This document shows positions 53,560 through 64,000 of a stretch of DNA of 64,000 nt, in pieces (the first letter of the stretch is position 1; every line of letters begins with the position of its first letter). The translations under genes were made by a program, and so were the position numbers. The notes under the pieces were generated by a model. That model saw only the letters and a list, made by a program, of their open reading frames with translations. It had not been told where the DNA came from and made no database searches. Source of the stretch: Octopus vulgaris (lineage: Eukaryota); contig OX597836.1 in NCBI GenBank assembly GCA_951406725.2, positions 15,872,001 to 15,936,000 on the forward strand, given 5' to 3'.

Positions 53560-55140
53560 TGTATGTATGTATGTATATGTATATATATGTAAGAGAACAT
53601 AACCAGCTGAAATTGCAAAGATAATCTGGAACTCGACTGAGGATAGGAAACTCCAAATGATCTGTCCTTGTTTTCCTTGTATCGTCTGTCTGGATATTGT
53701 GTTTTATTTCTTTTGTAACTTGAACTGTAAACTTTAATTTGCCATTTCTATACATGACAACCAAGAAGAAATCTTGTGAAAATAGATTATTTTAATGAGA
53801 TAGCTTTTCTAATCTCCTGAGGAGATACATCTACTCTAAGGGATACCCCTAAACCAGTTGCGTAGTATCCTGCCCACAAAGGACCAATGCTAGGTGGGTC
53901 AAAACAATTGTAGTGATTGGTAAATATTTTCATCTCTTGCATCTCGTGTCTCATAAATTACATTCCCAACAAACACTAAGCCAGTGAACGCACTTTACCA
54001 GCAAACTACCAGCTCTATACCATATGATTTATTAACTAATATATATGTATCTCATATATATATATATATCATCATCATCGTGGAGGCACAATGGCTCAGT
54101 GGTTAGGGCAGTGGACAGGCGGCTGTAGGATCGAGGTTTTGATTCCCAGACCGAGTGTTGTGAGTGTTTATTGAGCGAAAACACCTAAAGCTCCACGAGG
54201 TTTGGGCTAGGGGGTGGGGTGGCGATCCCTGCTGTACTCTTTCACCACAACTTTCTCTTACTCTTTCTTCTGTTGGCCTGCTCTCTGAGCCAGTGGGGTG
54301 GCGTCATTTGAAGGCTAAAACAATGTGAAGCGCATTGTGACCAGCGATATGTAGCAACATCTGATTGCCTGGTTGATCACGGTGATATCATCACTATCAT
54401 CACTTAACATCTGTTGCACACACACATGCACACACACATTTATACCATGGGCTTCTTTCAGTTTTTCTGTCTACCAAATCTACTTGTATGGCTTTGGTGA
54501 GCCTGGGGCTATAGTAGAAGGCACGTGCCCAAGGGTCTGTGCAGTGGGACTAAATCCAAGATCACATGGTTGGGAATGATCCAACATTTCTCTGATAAAT
54601 TTATTCCTACCAGCCTTATTTTTGGATTTATTTAGCAAGATTCTAGGAAACTGAGAGAGAAACAGACAGACTTTTGCAGTTGGCAGGACTGGCAGGACTG
54701 GCAGGAAAGATAAAGAATGACTAGAGAGGAAAAAAAAAAGTCATGTCAGAAATATTCCATGATATTAGATGGAGAGGCATAAACTTGTAATAATTTCATG
54801 GTTGCCAGGGAAAAATATCCATGGATTATTCACATTGCTATTTGAACAAGAAGATAAATAGCCAATCAATATATGGATAGAAAGGGAGCAGGGGGTAAAA
54901 ACTAGAAGTGTCTGGAATGTAGAATTTGAATAAATGCCACACAATGTATCTCTGAACATTTGAAGGATGATTGAAAATCTCAAAGCTTTGGGGTCTATTA
55001 AATGTGAACCCAATCAAAAATGTGTTTGCTGGGGTATTTAGGTGAACCCAGTTCTAATGTAACAAATGACTGGGGTACAGAGTCATGCAGCAGGGGCCAG
55101 AGTCATGTGATGCACTGACCTCTCTCAATTATCATTATTA

Positions 55141-55533
55141 CTAGCCGTATCACCCGGCGTTGCTTGGGTTTGTTTTGACCCTTTAGAATTGGAATTTTTG
55201 AAAAGTAAAAATTTTGCATTATGTAGCTTGTTATTCTCTTTAAGTGAACATTTTTCTGGTTTAAATAAACCAAAAAATGCCGACACAGCAGTAAAAAAAT
55301 CGTAAAAAATAGGGATTTTCATAGAAAATAAAAGCACCTTTTTGATATAAATAATTTTTGGTGTTAACATGGTCCGATTGGAATTTTTTCTTCTACAGAA
55401 TGAAGAGCAAGCCTTCTTCTATCATACTCTCAATTTTGGTCAACTTGCGCTGCAGGGTCTCGGAGGAGATAGTGTTAGTTGAAGGCTACCAAACCTGCCA
55501 TACACAGACCACTTCAGCTTTATATATAGAGAG
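55141..55533 (-). mobile_element. Non-autonomous Helitron (same family)
   Basis: A-CTAG end, hairpin CCCGGCGTTGCTTGGG; homologous body. Confidence 0.78.
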
Positions 55534-56024
55534 ATTAATTGATGAAAACATTCAGCTTGTTTTGCTGGGTATGATGAAAAGTGTCAGCTGCCCTCAGCCA
55601 GCTTACTAAGGTAACACTTGTTTCCTGATTATGCTTCAACAGCCCTACTCTTTACTCTTTTACTCTTTTACTTGTTTCAGTCATTTGACTGTGGCCATGC
55701 TGGAGTACTGCCTTTAGTCGAGCAAATCGACCCCAGGACTTATTGATTACCATGCAAGTTTTTTTTCTTTTTTGTTCACCATAACAATGTCACAGATCCG
55801 AGGACTGATCCGATGGTTACACTGGATCATTGCATCCCACAGGAAATTTGTAGTCTTCATTCTGGGTAACCTGAGCATTTGCACCTAGAAAGTTTCCCTC
55901 CCGGACACAAGTCTGGGCAAAGCTGTTTATGGAGGACCAACAGTCACCCATGCATACTGGCCTCCCCTCTCCATGCTACCGATGTTATCCAAGGGAAAAG
56001 TAAAAGCCTATACAGTTTTGTACC

Positions 56025-56066
<42 letters not shown>

Positions 56067-56617
56067 CCACAACTGACACCATCACTCCAACCCCCACCCC
56101 CACCACCTCCGGCACCCCACCCCCACCACCTCCGGCACCCCCACCACCACTGCCACCTACAAGAACGACATCACTGCTAACCACCATCCTCACCATCACC
56201 ACTATCGTCACCATCACAACTATTACCACCAGCACCACCACCGGTACAATTACTATTCTCACCACCACCATCACCACCACCACCATTACCATTCACACCA
56301 TCCCCCATCACCACCATCACCACCACCACCACCAACACCAACACCAACACCAACACCACAACCATCAGTACAATCACTACCTTCACCACCACCACCATCA
56401 CCACTACCACCACCACCACCACCACCACCACCACTACCTCCACCACCACTACCTCCACCAACACCAGCAACACTACAACCATCGACACAACCACTACCTC
56501 CGCCACCACTACCACCATCACTATTATTACTCCTGTTGAAGTTATTGTTAACATATTCTGTGGGCTACAAGTCAATAAATAACAATTATTGAATTGCAAT
56601 ATCTCGTTTTTTATTAT

Positions 56618-56660
56618 TGTAGTAGTAGTAGTAGTAGTGGTGGTCGTGGTCGTGGTCGTG

Positions 56661-56725
<65 letters not shown>

Positions 56726-56765
56726 AGTGGTGGTAGTGGTGGTAGTGGTTGTGGTGGTGGTGGTG

Positions 56766-56815
<50 letters not shown>

Positions 56816-56948
56816 AGTGGTGGTAGTGGTGGTAGTGGTTGTGGTGGTGGTGGTGGTGGTAGTAGTAGTAGTAGTGGTTGTGGTGGTAGTGGTGGTAGTG
56901 GTGGTAGTGGTTGTGGTGGTGGTAGTGGTGGTAGTGGTGGTGGTGGTG

Positions 56949-57004
<56 letters not shown>

Positions 57005-57095
57005 AGTGGTGGTAGTGGTGGTAGTGGTGGTAGTGGTGGTAGTGGTTGTGGTGCTGCTGCTGCTGCTGCTGCTGGTAGTGGTGGTGGTGGTTGTT
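56618..57095. repeat. Compound (AGT)n/(GGT)n microsatellite with higher-order repetition
   Basis: Direct reading. Confidence 0.95.
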
Positions 57096-57305
57096 GCCGG
57101 GGCATTTTTTGTTTCATTTCTATCAACTCCCTTGTTCTAAATTTCTGTAATATTTGGTCAAATACAAGTTATTTATAGGACTGTAAAACAATATGAACAG
57201 GCTGTATAAACTCCCCTTTCTGTCTTTATCTCCTTCCTTCTCTCCCTTTCATACATATATATATATGTATATATGTGTGTGTGTGTGTATGTGAGTGTAT
57301 GTATA

Positions 57306-57346
<41 letters not shown>

Positions 57347-57445
57347 GTAAAAGCTCTCAGCCTTTCAGTTACTATTGTTTCAACTAAATATTAATAAAAA
57401 TATTCATATTCTCATATTTTGAGTTCTGTTTTCCTGTTTGCACCA

Positions 57446-57748
57446 ACATACATACATACATACATACATACATACATACATACATACATACATACATACA
57501 TACATACATACACACATACATACATACACTCACATACACACACACATACATACATACATACATACATACATACATACACATACATACATACATACACATA
57601 CATACATACATACATACATACATACATACATACATACATACATACATACATACATACATACATACATACATACATACATACACACATACATACATACATA
57701 CATACATACGTACATATATACATACATACATATATACATACATACATA
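57446..57748. repeat. (CATA)n microsatellite
   Basis: Direct reading. Confidence 0.97.
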
Positions 57749-58349
57749 TGCTGGATCGCTAAAATCTAAGAATTTTTTTTTTGTTTTTTCATTCTCTCTA
57801 TTTATTTTCTCTTATTACTTTATGTTGAGGAGCGTAGGCTCAAAACATGAAAGACTTTCTCACTTTCCCAAGCGTCAAACTAATACACTTGTTTGTTGTT
57901 CACACACCTGTCTTTGTCTTTTGTTTTTCTATAAATTTCAAATATATATGTGTGTGTGTATGTGTGTGTGTGTGTGTGTTTATATATGTACATATATACA
58001 CACACACACATATATATCTATATATATATATAATCATATCAAAGGGAAATGGATAGATATATGTATATGCGTATATATGTACGTATATATATATATATAT
58101 ATATACATATATGTATATATATATGTATATACATTTTTTATTCTTTTATTTGTTTCAGTCATCTGACTGAGGCCATACTGGAGCACTGCCTTTAGTCGAA
58201 CAAATCGACCCCAGGACTGATTGTTTGTAAGCCTAGTACTTATTCTATCGGTGTCTTTTGCCGAAGCGCTAACTTACGGGGATGTAAACACACCAGCATC
58301 GGTTGTCAAGCGATGTTGGGGGGGAACAAACACAGACACACAAACATAT

Positions 58350-58382
<33 letters not shown>

Positions 58383-58460
58383 CGATGGGCTTCTTTCAGT
58401 TTCCACTCACAAGGCTTTGGTTGACCCGAGGCTATAGCAGAAGACACTTGCCCAAGGTGC

Positions 58461-58561
<101 letters not shown>

Positions 58562-58604
58562 TTTTTTTTTTTATATATATGTATTTATATATATGTTTAT
58601 ATAT

Positions 58605-58790
58605 ATGAGAACAGCTGCATTAAGAAGTGCCTGTCTCTAACTGTGGAGGGAATCTATGGAAGAGGAAGACCCAGGAAGACATAGGATGAGGTGATGAGGC
58701 ATGATCTTTGGATATTGAGTATCACAAAGGTGATAACAAGTAACCAAGACTCCTGGTGAATTGCTGTGCTTGAGAATCTATGTCAAGTTA
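58605..58790 (+). mobile_element. LINE 3' fragment (related fragment ~31960-32200 minus)
   Basis: Reads [30 protein letters not shown]. Confidence 0.6.
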
Positions 58791-59344
58791 AGTGAGATCA
58801 TATTCATTGACAGTGCTGGTGACACATAAAATGTACCAGGTACACTCTGTGCTGTAGTTGGTGTTAGGAAGGGCATCCAACCACAGAAACTAAGCCAAAT
58901 CAGACTGGAACCTGATACAGCTCTCTGGCTTACCAGTCCCAGTACAACCATCCAACCCATGCCAGCATGGAAAATGGATGCTAAATGATGACAATGACAA
59001 GGATGATATTTTTTTTTTTAGTTTCAGCTCAGAGCTGCGGCCATGCAGTAGTAGTAGTAGTAGTAGTAAATGTAAACAAACCAATGTTTGCCTTAGAAGC
59101 ACTGAAATGTGTATTGTGAGATACAAATAACATAATATATTTTCAAATGCACAAATGCTCGTAGAACAACAGAGACAGGATAAAATATCCATACAAAGCA
59201 GAAAAATATGTCAGCAACCAGCCATGAGACTCAAACTCACATCCCTTTATATATCATCATCATCATCATCATCGTTTAATGTCCGCTTTCCATGTTAGCA
59301 TGGGTTGGACAATTTTACTGAGGACTGGCGAACCAGATGACTGT

Positions 59345-59730
59345 TTACTAGTATAAAGCTCAGGTATACTACAACTCATCGGAAAAAGTAACCAAAACTG
59401 CTTGAATAGTACATAGAATATGCACAGGAAGTGAACAGTGAATGGTTCTTCAAAAAAAAAAAAGAAAAGGAAAAGAAAAAGAAGCAAAAAAAAAGAGAAA
59501 TGTGAGTGGGGAGCATCAGGTGTACTGTTGGTGAATATCAGGAAGCATGGAAGTTTTGAAGTGGGTTGTGTCTTGGCAGCCAACAACTGATGCGGGTTGT
59601 TCATTCTATGCTTCACCAATTCTGAATGTTAGAAGATGTTTCCGAAAGTGATGGATACTGAGATTTTATTTTCGATTTTGTAAACATGTCCATGATTGTA
59701 ACACATGTGGAATTCAAAAAAGTTGCTCAA
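59345..59730 (-). mobile_element. CR1-like LINE 3' fragment
   Basis: Degenerate GH..K...F...R...WN.L-type C-terminal region followed by a T-rich UTR. Confidence 0.45.
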
Positions 59731-60296
59731 GGTTAAACATTTAATTAACTATCTTTAATTAATTAATTATTGGTATCAGACTGCTATTTATGTAGTCATC
59801 CAGGAATCAGACATCTGATAATGATAAGAGATCAATTTGATTGATATAGAGTGTAAAAGTAAATATTATATAAACTACCTTTAATCAACCATTGGTACCA
59901 CCAGTCTGGTATTACGTCAACACCTGGGAAAAGACACCTGATGATGATGAAAGATCAAACAAATCAAGGTGCGATGTAGACATAAATATTTAAAGCAATC
60001 TTTGATCTCTGAAGATGAAGTTAACAATGTGAAAAATTCAAATCCTATTAACTACAGCTTATAACAGAACAGACATATAGATATTTAAATACCTGTTTGA
60101 TTTATTAAATGTTAATTAGAAGATAAGAAGAGGTGGAGGCATTAATTACTAACCATTTCATCATGAACAGTTCTACAGTCAACAATTAGCGTTAGTCTAC
60201 TAGTAGTATTTAAGAGTGAACATTCATGTAATGAACAGCTGCGTTTTGAAACATGAAATTCATCACAATATATTCCAACCATGCGGAAACTTTATT

Positions 60297-61725
60297 CTTC
60301 AAAGTAAGTACCATTACAACCAACACACACGTTTGCCAATGATTTACATGTTTGTTTATTCTGGTAACATAAAAATCTGGACTTCTGGAGCTGATGAATT
60401 CTTTGAATGCACTTTCAACATCAGTTTGATTTTTGAACTCCTTCTCTCGCAGGAAACCTTGAGAGAGCTTGAAAAAGTGGTAGTCAGAAGGAGAAAGGTA
60501 TGAGGAATAAGGCGGCGAGCTGGCAGAAACGTTAGCCCGTCGGGCGAAATGCTTAGCAGTATTTCATCTGCCGCTACGTTCTGAGTTCAAATTCCGCCGA
60601 GGTTGACTTTGCCTTTCATCCTTTCAGGGTTGATTAAATAAGTACCAGTTACACACTGGGGTCGATATAATCGACTTAATCCATTTGTCTGTCCTTGTTT
60701 GTCCTCTCTGTGTTTAGCCCCTTGTGGGTAGTAAAGAAATAGGTATTTCATCTGTCGCTATGTTCTGAGTTCAAATTCCGCTGAAGTCGACTTTGCCTTT
60801 CATCCTTTCGGGGTCGATTAAATAAGTACCAGTTACACACTGGGGTCGATATAATCGACTTAATCCATTTGTCTGTCCTTGTTTGTCTCCTCTATGTTTA
60901 GCTCCTTGTGGGTAGTAAAGAAATAGGTATGGGGAATAAGCTGGGTGGGGAAGAACTTTGTAGCCAAGTTCCCTCAACTTCTGGAGCGTCATTAGTGCAA
61001 CGTGTGGTCAAGCATTGTCACGAAGAATGATTGGCCCTCTTCGGTTGACCAGTCTGAGACAGAGGAGTTGCAGTTTTTCGTTCATTTTGGAAATTTCATG
61101 GCAATATGTTTCTGTAGTAATGGTTTTCCCAGGTTTTAAGAAGTTGTAGTGGATGGGTCCAGCAGTACACCACCAAACAGTCGCCATAACCTTCTTTTTG
61201 GAGAGCTCAGGTTTAGGGAAGATTTTCAGTGCTTCATTTTGGTCTAACCACTGTGAAGAATTTTTTTTATTACTGTACAGAATCCATTTATCATCGCAAG
61301 TTACAATACAGTCAAGAAATGGATCAGTCTGGTTGCGGAGAAGAAGTGACGAGCAAGTATCATATCTGCACATTTTCTGATTTTCATTCAAATCGAGTAG
61401 TACCCATTTGTTGAGCTTTTCTGATTTTCCAATCGCAAGCTAATGATTACAGGCAGTTTTCTGGCTAACTTAAAGTTCTTTTGCCAGTTCTCAAGTGGTT
61501 TTATGTGGATCTTTCTCAATGATGGTCATTAATTGACTGTCAGCAATGACAGATGGGCGTCCACTACATTCACGATCTTCAAGGTTCAGGTCTCCACTGC
61601 AAAATCACCCAAACCTTTTTTCAAGCTGACCACTCACTGGTTATTTCCTCACCAAATGTTTCATTGATATCATGAACAGTTGCAGCTGCTTTATGTCCTC
61701 TTATGGAGTTGAATGGCCAGCATAT
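60297..61725 (-). mobile_element. Degenerate mariner (DD34D) transposase, split by a SINE at ~60512-60925
   Basis: Motifs IVTCDDKWILY, KKVMATVWW, ILRDNA, HPAYSP..SPSDYHFF and C-terminal FLREKEFKNQTDVESAFKEFI...GTYFEE, with stops and frameshifts. The SINE is flanked by a GGTATG(A/G)GGAATAAG duplication. Confidence 0.9.
60512..60925 (+). mobile_element. tRNA-derived SINE family A, internally duplicated (other copies ~5569-6130, 25681-25838, 35283-35656, 42158-42340, 43681-43907, 48098-48325, 48699-48930)
   Basis: A/B-box-like head (GAGCTGGCAGAA...GAGTTCAAATTCC), conserved GCCTTTCATCCTTTCGGGGTCGAT core, many copies, TSDs. Confidence 0.85.
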
Positions 61726-61752
61726 TAAAAAAATACCTTTAAAGGTTAAATT

Positions 61753-62032
61753 TATAAACAAGGGCAAAAGAAAAAAATTTCAATGCCAAGTAGGCCGAAA
61801 TAGACTTAATTATCAACAACCATATAATTTATCACTATAAGCACGCGTCTCAAAAGCAAGCCGATAGAAATTTCTAAAAAATTTCGTTATTATCGGATCG
61901 GTCCCAATTTCTGTGTTAATTCATCTAGAATTTTCTCCTCATCAGCGATAAATATGTGTGCTTATAGTGATAAATTATATGGTTATTGAAATATTTGGCA
62001 TTGAAAAATTTTTTCTTTTGCCCTTGTTTATA
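61753..62032. mobile_element. Inverted-repeat element with decayed hammerhead-like core
   Basis: Outer IR is TATAAACAAGGGCAAAAG... and inner IR is 61818-61844/61958-61984. The minus strand has TATCG-CTGATGA...TC-CGATA at 61891-61950. Confidence 0.55.
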
Positions 62033-62669
62033 TATACCATCATCATCATCATCATCATCATCGTTTAACGTCCGTTCTCCATGCTAGCATGGGTTGGACA
62101 GTTTGACCGGGGATCTGGGAAGCCAGAAGGCTGCACCAGGCTCCAGTCTTATCTGGCAATGTTTCTACAGCTGGATGCCCTTCCTAATGCCAACCACTCC
62201 GTGAGTGTAGTGGGTGCTTTTTACGTGCCACCCGCACATATATATATATATATATATGTATATGCACACATACACAGACTCATATAGATAGATGTATAGA
62301 TATAGAAAAAATGCATTGCGGTGATGTATAGAAAAACTGACTGACAGACAGACAGACAGACAGACAAACTGACAGACTGGCAAGATGGAGAGTCAAAGTG
62401 ACACAGACAGGTGGTCAGTGAATGTGTTGGAACTGCCAGCAGCCATTTAGCTGCATGTCAACACCATCACTATGACCACTGTCAGTACCACCTCCCCCGC
62501 AATCAATAACACCACTGCCGCAGCCGCCACCACCACCACCACCACCACCTATGTTAAGTGGATTAACAGATTAACACACTCAAGAAACCAGATTTAGTTA
62601 CACTGAAAAAGCAAGCAAGAAAGAAAGAAAGAAATGAGGTGGTTGAACATCTTTTCATTCAGCCAGTCA

Positions 62670-63165
62670 TATTCATTCACTGAAAAACTCCTTCGTTTGT
62701 TCATTCTCTCACGTTCCCTCTTTCATTTAATCTTTTCTTTTTCACTTACTCTCATACTCATTATTTCATTCATCTCATTCAGCCATTTATTCTCTCATTT
62801 ACTCATTCGCTTTTCTTTCATTCACTTAATTGGTCTCTCATTCATTCACTTATTCTTGTTATTTCATTCATCATTCACACAATCTCTCATTTATTCAGTC
62901 TTTCATTCATTCACTGAAATACTCCTTCGTTTGTTCATTCTCTCACGTTCCCTCTTTCATTTAATCTTTTCTTTTTCACTTACTCATACTCATTATTTCA
63001 TTCATCTCATTCACCCATTTATTCTCTCATTTACTCATTCACTTTTCTTTCATTCATTTAATTGGTCTCTCATTCATTCACTTATTCTTGTTATTTCATT
63101 CATCCTCCACACGCATTCACCATTCACACAATCTCTCATTTATTCAGTCTTTCATTCATTCACTC
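62670..63165. repeat. ~240-bp tandem duplication within (TTCA/CTCA)-rich low-complexity tract
   Basis: CACTGAAA.ACTCCTTCGTTTGTTCATTCTCTCACG occurs at ~62678 and ~62912. Confidence 0.85.
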
Positions 63166-64000
63166 ATTCTCATTCACCATTTGGTAATTCATTCAGTCTC
63201 TCATTACTTTATCTTCTATTCACTCACTCTTTCATATTCATTCACTCATATTCACCCATCATCCACCTGTTTATTCAATTTCTCATTTACTCTGTTCTTC
63301 ATTCGCTCAATCTTTCATTCATTCACTCATACTCATTCAGCATCATTTCATTCATATGTTCTCTCATTCCCTTAGCTCCTCATTCATTCAATTCTCAATC
63401 ACATACACCCAGTCTCTCATTCACTCACTCATTCACTCATTCATTCGTTCTCTTACACTCTCATTTATTCATATGTATCCATCTTGTCCTCTCATCATTC
63501 AATCAGTCATTCGTTTATTCACATACATCAATTCTCATTCATTCACATTCTCTTTCAATCATTCAGCTTTAAGGTGATCCCCCACCCCACCCCAACAAAT
63601 GTCAAATACCTGTCATCAGGGCACCAGGATATGGTGGGGTGCAGAACTGTCTAGGCAGCATTACAGGTCCCTGGTCAAACCAAACCAACAAACCCTTAGT
63701 ATTTATTATACATACTTTAATTAGAACCAAACCCCTCAACTTGTGAAGTGTCCGAGCAACAATACAATAAGCCCTAAAGTATTTATTTGTGAAGGCACAT
63801 GGCTCAGTGGTTAGAGCGTTGAGCTCACAATCATGAGGTAGTGAGTTTGATTCCTGGATCAGGCAGTGTGTTGTGTTCTTGAGCAAGACACTTTATTTCA
63901 CGTTGCTCCAGTTCACTCATCTGTAGAAATAAGTTGTGGGATCACTGGTGCCAACTTGTATCAGCATTTGCCTTTCATGTGCCACCAGCGCATGGGTATT

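Noticed and set aside
53630-53870. CTGAGGA boxes in a repeat fragment
   Set aside because: No correctly placed GAAA or stems could be built.
56589-58166. Gly/Ser-, Val- and HTYI-repeat ORFs resembling structural proteins
   Set aside because: They are pure tri- and tetranucleotide microsatellites without splice or promoter context.
62634-63572. 312-aa ORF, the longest in the track
   Set aside because: It is a translation of TTCA/CTCA low-complexity DNA with a tandem duplication that happens to lack stops; no domain.
63790-63860. tRNA-like sequence
   Set aside because: It is a SINE head continuing into SINE body, with no acceptor stem closure.

Overview
Eukaryotic, AT-rich, extremely repeat- and microsatellite-dense genomic DNA. 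The SINE/MITE repertoire is what I recognise from octopus (coleoid cephalopod) assemblies; this is an inference, not a database result. Almost all ORFs in the supplied track are artefacts of simple repeats or SINEs. One real protein-coding gene is visible: the 5' part of RTEL1 (Fe-S/XPD-family helicase) on the minus strand. It has three spliced coding exons (11008-10907, 10580-10349, 8161-8077) with canonical GT/AG sites and compatible phases. A candidate non-coding first exon and YY1/E2F promoter lie about 24 kb upstream (~34793-34935), and the remaining exons must lie left of position 1. A divergent TATA/CCAAT promoter at ~39.2-39.4 kb may drive an unidentified plus-strand transcript. The rest comprises tRNA-derived SINEs, RTE/CR1/Tx1 LINE fragments, mariner/pogo/Tigger relics, piggyBac- and hAT-like MITEs and non-autonomous Helitrons. 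The most interesting unannotated signal is a set of at least five sequence-unrelated minimal type I hammerhead-ribozyme motifs with palindromic (dimer-type) stem III and core variants (U3-A8, U3, C4, U6). Several sit in short inverted-repeat or palindromic elements next to (TA)n tracts, including a ~435 bp near-perfect palindrome in the putative RTEL1 intron 1.
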